This document shows positions 51,960 to 64,000 of a stretch of DNA of 64,000 bases, in pieces. The stretch comes from Lama glama (Eukaryota). Within the stretch, counting starts at the first letter, position 1; every line of letters begins with the position of its first letter. A program made the translations under genes and the position numbers. Location: contig CM052817.1 in the NCBI GenBank assembly GCA_028534125.1, positions 37,140,001 to 37,204,000 on the forward strand. Reading direction: 5' to 3'. The notes beneath the pieces are model-generated. The model saw only the letters and a list, made by a program, of their open reading frames with translations, did not search any database and was not told the origin of the DNA.

Positions 51960-53060
51960 GAGCGTCCGCAAGGCGTTGGTCTGCAGTACCGGGCAGGGTA
52001 ACACCCATCGTGGGGTGAAAACTCCCACCGCCCACAGGGAGCCGGCCCGGCGAGCGCGTGGGGGCGGGGGCGGGGGCGGGGGCGGGCCCCAGGAGAAGGT
52101 AATTCGAAACCTCTCTTCCCAGGGTGCTGTGCGCAGGCGCGGGCACGCGCTCCTCGCCCCTTCCCTGAGGCCGCCGCTTCGGGGGCGGAGGCGAGAGGAC
52201 GCCAGACGCCGGCTGGGCTCGGCGAGGCCGCGCAGCGGAGCGCGCGTCCGTCGGGTGCTCGTGCGGGGCTGGTGCGGCGCGGCTCCGGGCTGCGGGAAGC
52301 TGATAGCCCGGCTGCAGCCGTGTTGAAGCCGGGAGGAACCGAGTGGAGGAACGAGCCGCGGACTGAGGTAACCGGACGCTCGTACCCCCTCACTCCCCTC
52401 TTCCTTTGTGCGGTGCGGTCCGCTCACGCCAAGTCTCCCGTCGCCGCAGCCCCAAATCGTAGCGCCTCCCGGGCTCGCGCCTGTGCGCGGGGAAACTCCA
52501 GGCTTGCGGGGAGTGACCCAAACTCCGCAGCTGAGAGCGTTTGGGCCCACTAAACCGCTGCACGGTTTCCGTCGCCCCCTTCGGCGTGGGGAACGGGGTT
52601 GCGTTCTCCGAGGGGACCCCCAGCCTCTGGCTCTGTCAGCCTCGCCGGCGGCCCCTCTCGGTCTTTCGAAGAAGAGAGGGGCCGGCAGGTGCTTCGCGGG
52701 GTCCCGGGAATGAGCAGCGCGGTACGGCTGGCATGGGCTCGGGGTCCGGGGAGGGCGGCGGGACACCCCCGAGACCCGCGGCCTGTGACTCGGGGCCCTG
52801 CGGCGCGGGACTCGCAGCCTGCCGGGGGGCGGCCGCCCCTCCGGGACTGCTGGCTCTGGGGGCATGCTGCGGGTCCGGAGGGTTAGCCGCCCGTCCCGCA
52901 CTGGCCCGCCCTAGAGGCTCGTTGCCCGTCGGGACTGGCCGGTCCGCGGGGCTCGCTGCGAGTCGGACCTGCTGGTGCCGGGGGTTTGCAGCCCGCGCCG
53001 CGCACCAGGTGGACCATCCGCGGGGGTGGAGACCGGATCGGAGAGTGCCTCCCGGTGTGA
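51960..53060. promoter_or_regulatory. KLHL8: CpG-island promoter, probably KLHL8
   Basis: Sharp GC/CpG-rich island with tandem GC boxes (52060-52086) and an NRF1-like TGCGCAGGCGCG (52130-52141). The island is certain; the gene name rests on recalled HSD17B11-HSD17B13-KLHL8 same-strand synteny. Confidence 0.8.
52170..52367 (+). other. KLHL8: Putative non-coding first exon (5' UTR) of KLHL8; intron 1 runs past the window end
   Basis: ATG-free GC-rich segment downstream of the GC boxes, ending in donor GAG|gtaacc at 52368. No BTB/kelch coding exon is in the window; the start is approximate. Confidence 0.6.
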
Positions 53061-54027
53061 CACCAGAACTGCAGCCTTTTTCAAAACACGCAGCCGCTCA
53101 TTGGAGTTGTTCTACAGCCCCTGATGCCAGCTCGTTCCTCCTTCCACTCAGTTCTGGGCTTAGTTAGCTTGCTAGTTTCCTGAGGGAGGCGATTTGTCCA
53201 CATAGTTCTAGCCGGGAGCTGGTCCTTCACTGGATTTGCACAGTCCTAGCGTTTGGGCGCCTGAGTTTGAAAAGCTTTTTGTTTTCCCACTTAGCAGTGT
53301 TTGTTCTGATGACTTTTTGTAGAAAATTGAACTTTTCTCAGTGCTCCTTTTAATCTGTATTAATAGAATAACCGGCCTTTTATGCTAGTGTTACCGCTTT
53401 GGAAAGATTCTTTGGGAAAAGGTTCTTGAAAGAAGTTGGGTTGACACGAGAATTATAACTACTGGTTGCAGTTCTTCTTTCTTTGCAGTGTTTCTTTCCT
53501 GTGTAGGTTGATAGCTGTTTGATTCTTGGTATTCTTGATTCTGGCCCTGTAAGAAAATCGTTTTCCTCCCTCTTGGTCCTGCCAAAGGATAGACTTGGAT
53601 AAGCAGAGGACCTTTACTTGGCGGTGGCTTTTTTCATTGGTTGCTGTTTTTTCTTGTCCTTTCTACTGGCAGTCACTTTAGTTTGTCAGCCAACCCATGA
53701 CCCATTTCAAACTTTTAGTCACTTCGCATATCACCTTTGAGATACCAGAGTATGAACATAAATATCAAAAGAAATCTTAGGATACCGCACTCAACTGTTG
53801 CATTTAGCTTTATATTAACAGTTAAAGCTGCTAATTCTTTTAGCATTTGATAAGATTGCTACTGTTGCTAAGATGACAGTATATTCTGTAATAATTGCAT
53901 GTTCTGCATCCTGGCAGGAAACTTAATTCGCAGTCAGTGAGGGTAGTTTTTAAAAACAGTGTTTCCTCATTTGTTAAAGAAGAAGGTAAGGTAAATTAAT
54001 TTGACCCCCTCCCCTCTCTGTCAAAGT

Positions 54028-54286
54028 AGTTTATATTTAGAGCAGTTTTAGCTTTATAGCAAATTTAAGTGGGAGGTACAGAGAGTTCTCATATACCTTC
54101 TGTACCCCTAGGCCCTCTGCCTTGCCCCATGTATGCACAGTCTCTTCCACTATCAAAAACCCCTCACCGAATGGTGCATTTGTTATAACTGATGAACCTA
54201 CGTTGATAATACATCATCAGCCAAAGTCCAGAGTTTACATTAAGGTTCATTCTTGGTGTTGTACATTCAGTGGGTTTAGACAAATG
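54028..54286 (-). mobile_element. L1MC-like 3' end
   Basis: tttagagcagttttag ... ggtacagagagttctcatatacc ... ccaaagtccagagtttacattaaggttcattcttggtgttgtacattc. Confidence 0.8.
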
Positions 54287-56749
54287 CCCTTTTTCAAAAA
54301 ATTAAGAACTTTTTAAAGTTATAGAGAACCGAAAATGGGTATTGTCATTTTTAAAAGATTAAGGGGACTATTGGGAGGGGTTGTCTTTTTATTGCTAAGT
54401 TTTTTTTTTTTAAGTGTAGTAAGGGGACTATTTTGAACATCCTAAAAATTAATTTCAAATAGCTTTAGTGTTTGAAAAAATTGGATATTTAAAGTTTGGT
54501 TTCTTATGTTTGAATTTTCAACAGTCATTAATTTTTGTATGTTAAGAACTAAAGAAAAAAAACTAAAGAGATGAGGGAGAAGAAATGCTTCATAAAATTA
54601 CAAAATGTCATGTTTTTCAGTCCTAAAACTTAATAGCTTGACCATTTCTTCACTTTTCTGAAAAACATGTTTCATGTTAACCAGTGAAGCAAGAGGAAAT
54701 TGAACATACAAAATGTAGTATTTTTAACTGATATCAAGATTAAAGGTATAACTACAATAAAGTGTGACCCATTAGGCTTTTTTAGAAAATCTGTTTTCTC
54801 TGTTTGAGGGACTTTTGTGGAAGCGTCAGGATATAATGTTCTGAGCTCAGTTCTGGAACTAATAAGCAACTTTGAATTAGAATCCCAGCTCTTCACTTGT
54901 TGTCTGTGGGACCATGGCAAGTAATTTTCTGAACCTCTCTTTCTTTAGCTATAAAAGCTATAATATTGTTATAATATACGAAATCATTTTATAAACTTTA
55001 ATGTACTGTTGTATTCATTGATATCATTGGTCACATGCTGTATTTTAAAATGTGTCAGTACAGTTTTTCTGTTGGATACTGCTTATGTAAGTACTATCAA
55101 ACTTTTTTTTTCAAGGGTGGCTGTACAAGAGAGTTCATTGTCTGGTTATGAATAGTTTAGTTGGTTTTTGTGAGACAGTAATAAAATTATGGAAGAGGGT
55201 CAAAGGGACCTTAGGAAAATTTCTACTTTATCTCTGGTTCTTAACCTGGATCTGTAGGTACACTTGTAAATGGTCTTCCAGTAGTCTGTGAATTCTGTGT
55301 ATATCTGTACTTTTCTAGGGAGAAGACCCACAACTTTCAACATAGTTTAACAAAGGGGTTTATGACCATCCTCTCCACAGCCATTCTCCCCTCAAAGGTT
55401 CTAAGAACCATTAGCTTCAGTATCTAGGCAGGTTTCTTTACTGGATATTTTGCAGGTTATTTTTAAAATTAGTGTTTATGAGAAAGGAAAGTGAACAGGT
55501 TTCTGTTCGTGAACAGGTAATTTTTGCAGCACCCGAGTGCCTGTTTTGTTTTGTTTTTGAACTACAGTGTGATATTTTTGATATATTATGTCCATACCAA
55601 TAAAAGTGCTGTTGCTTATACCTGGAGCTGACACCACTGATTGATCCATTGTTGTTAGGCAGATACTGTCTGTTCCTCCTCCCACCCTGCCAGCATTGAT
55701 GAGCAATAGAATACGTGGCAAAGAATGGCACCCTAATACAATCCAGCATGTTAGGATATTATTTTGAAATGTTAAAAGATAATTTGGTTTGTTTATTCCA
55801 AAATTTGGACTTTTTCCCTTTCTCAACAAAACACCAAATGGTAAAGAAATTAAGTATTTTTTCTTCCAAACTAGATGACGAGATTTATATAGTATATTTG
55901 TTGTATAATATTTCTTCTTGTATAGCATGGAATGTAAAGTTATATTGAATCCTAATTGATGATCATTTTAACGTTCAGTATTGCTAGTTTGGGGAAAATA
56001 TGAAATTTCCAGTCAGTTTATGTAGATTAGATTATAATTTGTGATTTTCATTTATAACATTTAAAATTAATCTTGTTTGCATTTTGGAAATTTCAGAATT
56101 AGGTTAGCATTCTAAGTTTGAGTTCATTCTTGTGATAGAGTTTGAAAGTAAGCTGTATCAAACTGCCCTATTTTCCTTGTTTGTGATAGATTGCTGAACT
56201 ATAAGGCTTTACACTGTGAAGCCAAGTTCTGTTTCTGGGTCAATTACCAGTGGTAATCACAAGGTCTAAAGAGTATGAGATTAATCAGGTGATGCTGTAC
56301 AAACTTATGAATGAATCTATCCAGTGGAGTAATGTCTTTGTCTTTTTACTTGAGATTTTTTTTCTTTTCCCCTTTGATATTGGTGTTTTCATTTGAAATC
56401 TGAATGCTTTTCAAAGTTCAAGGTTCTAAATCAGTACTTAGGGATTTTTAGACTGAAACAGCAGAACTCTGGCTCTCTAGATTTGCTCTTTATAAAATAG
56501 TCTGAGAGGTCTATATAGATCTCAAAGATCAATTAGAGGTGAATATAAGATGATCAGTAATTTTATGTATATTCTCTTGAACTTTAAAAAATGCAAAGAC
56601 ATTTTCTGTGTGGAGAGAATATTTTAATATATGTATTTTAGTTCTCATAAAGGAATTTATATATACCATACAAATATATAGTTACACTTCCTGTACAAAG
56701 AAAAGGTTAATGACATCTTTGTCCTAGTATTGAGTTTTTGCTGATAGGC

Positions 56750-57480
56750 AAGTCTATGTTGCGTCCTGGGTATTGCCACTTAAATACTGTGTGACCTTGG
56801 GTAGGTTTCTTAGCTTCTCTGAGCCTCATTGGACACAATTATAAGTAAAGGAATAATACCTCTTTGGGTTGTCCTGAGGATTGAAATGAATAAATGTGAA
56901 ATAACTAATTCAAATAATAACGGTTACTTATATAGTTTGTGTGTCAGACAATTTATAAACTCATTTAATCCTTGTAACAGTCCTATCGAGTTTGTACTAT
57001 TACTTTCCTCATTTTTACAGATTGAGAAACTGAAACTAATGAAAGATTATGTAACTTAACCAAAGTTATATAGTCATACAAAGAGTAGATAGTAAGCGCT
57101 CAACTAATGCTGACTGTTGTTACCTTAAAAAAAAAAAAGAGTAATGTAGCTAGTTCTCATCTTTTGCTATAGTGAAAAATGAATCTGAATGTAGATCATT
57201 AGAAAGCATACATTATTTCTTTGCTGGAAAAAATATCGATTGGAAGATTGTGTTCCTCACCAAGGACTGAGAATCACATGATTTACAAAAGTAATAATGT
57301 AAATATATTGAATGCTTACTGTGAACTAGATACAGAGCTAAGTACTTTACATATGTTACTTCATTTATGCTTCACAGCAATCTTACAAGAAAACTGAAAC
57401 TCAGAATGATTTTAAATGACTTGTCCAAGGCTACACAGCTAACACGGAATCCCAAAACTGGCTCTAAACTTTGCTATTAA
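56750..57480. mobile_element. Cluster of MIR SINE fragments in both orientations
   Basis: ctgtgtgaccttgggtagg ... ctctgagcctca; ctcatttaatcct ... cattttacagattgagaaactga; gacttgtccaaggctacacagcta. Confidence 0.7.
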
Positions 57481-57598
57481 CCACTAGTTTTTGTGCTTTG
57501 TGTTTTATATGCCTAACAGATTTCTCTAAAAAGGAAAGCAACAGCTTAATTAATTTTAAATAGAAAAAAAGAGTACTTTCATAGTTTTAAAACTAGTA

Positions 57599-57920
57599 CA
57601 GTTGGCCATCTATATCCATGGGTTCCATTTAGGCGAATTCAGGGAACTTCAGACTGAGAATATTCAGGGGGAAAAAAATACTCCCGAGTTTCAAAAAGCA
57701 AAACTTAAATTAGCGGCGCACCAGCAACTATTTACCTAGCATTTACATTGAATTGGGTATTATAAATGATACAGAGAGGATTTAAAGTATATGAGAGGAA
57801 TATGTAGGTAGGTTATATGCAAATACTATGACATTTTATATAAGGGACTTGAGCATCCTCAGATTTTGCTGTGGAGTGAGTGTCCTGGAACCAGTTTCCC
57901 AGGATACCAAAGGACAACTA
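57599..57920. mobile_element. MER2B-like TcMar-Tigger MITE
   Basis: TIRs cagttggcc / ggacaacta flanked by TA; ttatatgcaaatactatgacattttatataagggacttgagcatcc. Confidence 0.8.
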
Positions 57921-57927
57921 TAAATAG

Positions 57928-58137
57928 TGATTATCCAAAACTAGTTTCATATGCCAAATCTTGCTCGCTGTCGGTTTTGTGAAGTTTTTTGGAGCACAAC
58001 CACACATTCCTTTATGTATTATCTACGGGTGCTTTCCTACCACAGTGGCATAGTTGAGTAGTTGTGACAGAGTGTAGATGGCCCACAAAGCCTAAAATAC
58101 TATCTGACCCTTTACAGAAAAAGATTGCAGACCCCTG
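57928..58137 (+). mobile_element. MER58A-like hAT-Charlie MITE
   Basis: agttgagtagttgtgacagag ... tggcccacaaagcctaaaatactatctgaccctttacagaaaaagattgcagacccctg. Confidence 0.8.
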
Positions 58138-60079
58138 ACCTAGACCAACCCTGTTTTTCTTTTTTATAAATGAAGAAACTGAGACTTGAGAGATAAGGTG
58201 ACTTTCTAATAATGCAGTTAGTTAAAATCCAATTCTCCTGACCCCTACCTATCTCACTTTTTTTCTGCTCTACCATGTTCTCTCTCTATAAAATCAACAA
58301 GTATACTATATGATCATTATATAAGGGACTTTAAACTATTATAAAATGTTTATGATATATAGGAATATTTAACCTAGTTAAAACAGACACACTAGTTATA
58401 ATAACAGTAAACATTTAGTCATTTCTCTTTTTAGAATTTGAAGAGCTTTGGGTATATACTTTGTATGATGCATGCCTTAAAGTTCTGTTGCCGACTTTAA
58501 GCTTACATTTCCTTATTTTCCTCCACAAATTCCTCTGCAAAAAAGTAGAGACTTTTGGAGTCATTTCATTACTTGATTCCGAAATAGTAATTGGAGTTAG
58601 AAACCTATCACATACACATATTTACAAAATAGAAATCATACAGTCTGTATCTAGTTTTTTCTGCTTACCATTACATTATCCATGAAATTTTGAAGCACTA
58701 AGGTTATGTGTTCGGATTTGAATTTGGGAATGATAACTGGCAGCATTAAGAAGGATGAATGTATTGGTGAGAGAAGAGATTGAGGGAGGCTATAATAATA
58801 ATTGTACGATGATTGGGCCTGCAGCTAAAGTGGTATAGCTAGAGAAGCAAGGTCAACAATAGGAGAGAAATTTAGGAGGTAGGATATCTGAAACTTGATT
58901 ATAGTTGGATAAAGTGGAACCGAAACTTTGAGTATATGTGAGCTATTGTATCAGTGGGGGAGCCCTCTTGATCACAAAGGTTAGTTTAGGTTCTCCCATA
59001 ACATCCAGTATATCTCTCTACTGTTGCCTTTAACCACATTATTATTATCACCTGTTTGTGTCCCATCTAGATGATTCAAGCTCCTTAATGGTAGAAATTA
59101 CGTCATGTCTTATTCATCTTTTTTTGGGGGGGAGAACTCATTTTATAGATAACTTTAAAAATTTAGATTATTCATGCATTTTTTAAAAGGGAAATATAAG
59201 AGATAGATTGGTTAAGGTATTCCTAAATTTTTTCACATTTAGAATCTGACTCTTGAAGCAATTTTATTGAGTCATTTGTTTTTCCAGACATTATAATCTT
59301 AGTCCATCTAGAGGATGGATGATTCAGGCTTTCATATGAGTGCTATATCTGTCTTCTGAGAGATTTGCTTTTAAGCCACCAACACCATTCTTCAAATTTT
59401 GATGCAGGCACTCTCTTGGTGTGTAATCCACATTCTTTTCCCATGTATCTTAGTACCAGACCATAACACAGCCTCATCTATTGTGGGTATCTGCCTTTCT
59501 TGAGCCCCATAAAGTAGTGCTTCTCAGATTCTGTGGTGAAAGACTAGTTTGTGAATCAATACTTTGTAAAAGATGACAAAAATGAATTACTGGAAAAATG
59601 AAATGAGAAAGAGGACACACAAAATACATACCTCAGTTTTTTTTTAATGGAATTCAACAGACATAAAGTTACTCTGTCGAATATTACTTTGCTAAAAGAG
59701 TTTCCAGACACTCCATTTTTGACCTACCTCATTGCAGATTTGTTTTGAAAAAAAAGTTTGTGGAAGACACTCACTTTGAATAGCACTGCTATACAGCACT
59801 TGATTGTTGCTTTTTGTGTTCATCTTTGAATTTCCAGAACCTGTAATATAACAGGTGATAACTGACTGAATGAATGGATGATTAAACTAATATAAGACAA
59901 ATGGTGTTTACCCTTAAGACTGACAGTATTTCTATTTTTTATTGAAAATTCTTGAAATGTTATAAAAGCACCAGACTAGTATATATCCTTAGTACATGTA
60001 TGTGTATATTGGATTATGTGCTTACCTTGTAAGAATAAAAAAGTGTGTTCCCAAACTCCTTTAAAAAAGGTTGATTCTT

Positions 60080-60499
60080 CTTTCCTAGGAGGTAGCCAGA
60101 ACAGAGAGCTGTAAACTCCTTGAAGTGCAGGAGGCTGCTTTTGGTACCTGAGAGGCTCTCACTCAACTTTGCCTCCTTCACCTTGTGATTTCACCATTCC
60201 AGACTGAAATCATGGCAGGTCCAGAAACTGAGGCCCAATTCATTTTCGCTGGCATCAAAAAATACTTCAGCTCTTACACTCTCACAGGGAGAATGAATTG
60301 TGTACTGGCCACTTACAGAAGCATTGCTTTGATAGTCTTATACTTCAAGTTGAGGTCTAAAAACACTCCAGCTGTGAAAGCAACATAAATTCTAAACTGT
60401 ACCTCATCTGTTAAGGTCTCATCCCTGAAGAAGCTAGTGTCAGCTCATCATGTGATACTCAATTTGTACAATAAATTACTAACCTGAGGGAAAAAAAAA
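60080..60499 (+). pseudogene. ATP5MK: Processed retrocopy of ATP5MK (USMG5/DAPIT, ATP synthase subunit k) with an uninterrupted 58-codon ORF (60212-60388)
   Basis: Intronless MAGPETEAQFIFAGIKKYFSSYTLTGRMNCVLATYRSIALIVLYFKLRSKNTPAVKAT*; AATAAA at 60470-60475 and an A tail; TSD aaaaaaggttgattctt (60063-60079) / aaaaaagactgattctt (60494-60510) at a TT/AAAA L1 endonuclease site. Confidence 0.93.
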
Positions 60500-61689
60500 G
60501 ACTGATTCTTGTATAGCCATGGTAATAGTCCCCAGAACCAGTTTTAAATCTGCTTACTTAATAAATGACAGTTTTTTAGAACTAGTTAAACCAATAACAT
60601 TCCCTTAGAGGCTTGCAAACTCCTATTCACTGATAGTCCACCAGCCACTCAACTCCACACTTCCTCCCAAACCCTTTGTAAGATTAGCCATGTACTTTTC
60701 TTAGAGGCTCAGAGGAGCTGTGCCTGACCAGCAGAGTGCTCCCTGAAGTAAGTAACCATTATTTAGCTTTGTGTTTTTTGTTTTGTTACAGATGTCAAGT
60801 GGGGATTATCTCATCTTTTAACACTTAGAAACAAATTAGTGGTAAGTTTATTTTTTTAGTAGGGTTGATGTTTTTATTCAAATAAAGATCATTTGTTAGG
60901 TATAACCCTGTAACTTCTGTGACATTCTCAAATAAAAATAGTCTTCTAAGAGTTCATACACATCGCTCACATATTTAGGTAAAATTTAAGTCCTTTTTTT
61001 TTAATGCTTTATACTAGATTTTCAGACTATTATGTGTAATAAATTGTCATCTAGTTCAAGCAAGGAAATGACTATGGATAGTGAAGCATCAGTAGAATGC
61101 CTTCTTAATAAAACAGATCCCAAAGTAGGAACATCTTAAAATGTTATACTTAGATACTTGTACTCAGTATAATGAAAATGTTGTTTATAGATTCTGAAAA
61201 TGACATTAGTATTTAACAAGCAAAATTCGATAACAAATAACAATTGTATCTAATACGTGCTAATGTTAAGAAAAACATTTTTTTGTAAGTCACAGTAGTA
61301 AATTGTTCAAAGTCATGTGTACCTTTACTGAGTAGTAACTTTTGAAGCTGTTGTCCAGTTTGTCAAAGCAGCAGATTCTCCTTTAATCATTGGCATAATA
61401 TATGTTCTTTTGAACTATTTGATTCAAAATTTAAAATCTCTGCTCTTTGCTTTTATAAATAAAAAGGGAATGAGTATAGCTTATTTGACTTAAAAGTAAA
61501 AAATTAAATTAAGAAACATACCTTTGAAATGAAATAATTCAAAAATATCTTTGTTAAAATATTTACATATGATTGTGATTAAAATTGTATATCCAGAATG
61601 CAGTGTTATTTTAGCTAAAATAATTTAATTTTTTGTTGATTTGGATAAGCATAGAAAAATAATATCTAATGTTCATAATCTGTTCATTC

Positions 61690-62125
61690 CAAAAATACTT
61701 TAAGTACATCTATTTATGGTATGTTGTGCTTAACATGGGAATGATAGGAGTGAATAGAAGGTGCCTGTATTTAGGGGCTTGTATAGTATTATGGGAAAGA
61801 ACAATACTGAATAGGCAATTATTAAAAGTATTATAAATTTGACTAACAGTTGAATATGGTATAATCCACTTTATGTTAAGTGCAATGAAAAAGATATGAT
61901 CAAATTGTTACAGGAGCACAGAGGCAGTACATGTGGTCCAGGCTAGGAATAAGGCAGATTTTCGGGGATGACCTTTTTGAGCAGATGAACTTGAGCTTAG
62001 TCTTAAAAGGTAAGAGTCAGCTAGTAAGAATGGGCATTTCAGAATGAGAGAATAGCCTGAGCAGAGACACAGCGGTATGAAATAGCGTGGAGTGTGTGGA
62101 GAATTCATGCAGTCGGGTTTTCCTG
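61690..62125 (-). mobile_element. L2 fragment
   Basis: ttcattccaaaaatactttaagtacatcta ... tgagcttagtcttaaaagg ... gggcatttcagaatgagagaatagcctgagcagagacaca. Confidence 0.6.
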
Positions 62126-64000
62126 TATACAACATGACGTGGGGTTTACCATCTTGATATTTCACAGATATTTGTGAGTTAATTTTGTTAAATACACACA
62201 TTCTCTGTCAACTTTCAGATATAGCTCTAAAATTGATCAGATGCTGCTATAAAATGTAATATTTTGTATCATTTTAAATCTTTTCTCTAACACCAGAAAT
62301 TGACACATTATAAATTTACTTCAATTAAAAAAAGACTTCATCTAACTGAATTGTGAAGAATACAAACTAAAGTTATTTTAAAGAAGAATGAGTCTAATAG
62401 TACCATTGCTTCCTGTAGTAGGTACTGCAGCAGTAACTATATAGCGTTGAGTTTTTTGAGGCACTTTCAGTCAAAGTGCTGTTCGGAGTTCTCTCTACTT
62501 AGAACTCTTCTGATAAATGTGTAGTATAAAAGTCACTCTGCCTGTAAAGATCTTTATGAGAATAATACAATATATGAGTTAAAACAATATTCTTCAAGAA
62601 TAATACAGTATGAGTTATTACAGAATTCTGCATAATAGTATTTCATATTAATAGTACATGCTAAAATGTGGGATTGTAAGTGCAAAGAAATTTGAAAAGA
62701 GAATGAAGTAGACTGACAACATGGTAGTATCTTTAGGCTTTTGCTAGAAGTTCTGTTTTCTGTGATTCATTGTAAGTTGTGTTTACATGTAAAATATGTT
62801 AGTTTTGTTATATATTCTCTGCAGTGAACCAATAAAACCTATTTTCTTCTGTTTGGAGTTCCCTTTTCTTTAGAACTTCCTATTTTGTTGGTTGATAACA
62901 CTTAGAGGAACAGAAAAAATAGTCTCATCTTCCTGTCTGCTTCACTGTCATAATGTGCCAGGGTGTGTGATTAGAAACAGACTGCCATGGACCATCTCTT
63001 TTTTCCTGATGTCTTAATTCTCTTAATGTATTTGGGAAAGGGGAGTACCGTATATTTTTCTGTAAGAGTCAGAATCTTAGATACATGTTTTAAAAATTCT
63101 GAGTTAGAGTTTAGGTGGGATTATACTCTCACTTGTTATTAACATACAGTCTTTGTAAGTCCTACAGTTGGCTAAGTTCCTTAGAGTGAAGTGTCCTAGG
63201 GTAAATTTTTTGTCCTGTTCTGTCTTCATGTTCTAGTATATATAGTAGATTCTTTTTTTAGTTGAAGACATTGTATTCTTTAAATAGACCGTTTTAAGAG
63301 AATTGGGTATAGAAAGTTTTTGAGCTTTTGTGTCTTGCCCAAATCTGTGGTCAAATGTAAAAAAAAATTTATAAAAATGGGTATTAATGCCTTTTTCATA
63401 GAGTAGTCCTCTGACAAAGAAATAATTTTATGACTGTAATAAATAAAGCCTTTTACTAGACAGAGGCTATAGTAGTTTGTTATATGGGGGAAAAGTGTAT
63501 GATAGTTTTGAATTGTATGTGTTTAAACCTAGTAAAGTTTAAAAATATTAATGATGCCTACAATCATAATACCCAGACGCTTAGGGCACCAAATATGGTA
63601 TGGTAAAAGTTCTAGATGAAAGAAGACTCATTAGACTACCGGTAATGAAGTTGACCCAGTTTTTTAATATTGAAAAAAAAAAACACCCAACCCACAGAAA
63701 TCGTGTTGATTCAATTATTATGACCCAGGCTCATATGGATAAGATACACAGATGTTTTTAAGACATAATCTTTTCAAAGAGTTCAGACTTTATTAAGCAG
63801 ATAAATCTAAAACATAAGGAAAGACATTGAATGAATCCAAAGTACGAAGTACTGTTTGTGTTCATAGAGGGGAAATCACATCCCATTGGAAGGATTAGAG
63901 AAGGCTTCATGAAAAGAAACATTACTTAATAAGCTGGGCCTTCACATCATTCCCCCATGAGGAATAGCTTGAGGTCTTGCACATATACTTGAGGAAATGG

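Noticed and set aside
51842..53167. Overlapping 95-320 aa ORFs on both strands
   Set aside because: Stop-poor GC-rich CpG island giving low-complexity R/P/G/A translations with no recognisable domain.
54360..54432. 13-bp direct repeat taaggggactatt, 60 bp apart
   Set aside because: Only two copies; at most the TSD of a tiny insertion. Not an array.

Overview
Mammalian genomic DNA, very likely camelid, judging by two tRNA-derived vic-1-type SINEs. The first ~10.8 kb holds the + strand HSD17B13 locus: the 3' part of exon 1, exons 2-5, exon 7 and the 3' UTR. Exon 6 is not visible and probably lies in a 500-N gap. As assembled, exon 2 is 101 bp instead of the expected 108 bp, giving a frameshift and a TAG at 3092-3094, while all other visible exons are intact. 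About 41 kb of repeat-rich intergenic DNA follows (L1, HAL1, L2, MIR, MaLR/ERVL/ERV1 solo LTRs, hAT and Tigger fossils). A CpG-island promoter and non-coding first exon at ~52 kb is assigned to KLHL8 by synteny only. Its first intron contains a sense-oriented, ORF-intact ATP5MK (USMG5/DAPIT) retrocopy with splice-acceptor-like sites and its own poly(A) signal. Gene and repeat names come from recalled reference sequences; no searches were run. There are no prokaryotic-type systems or CRISPR arrays.
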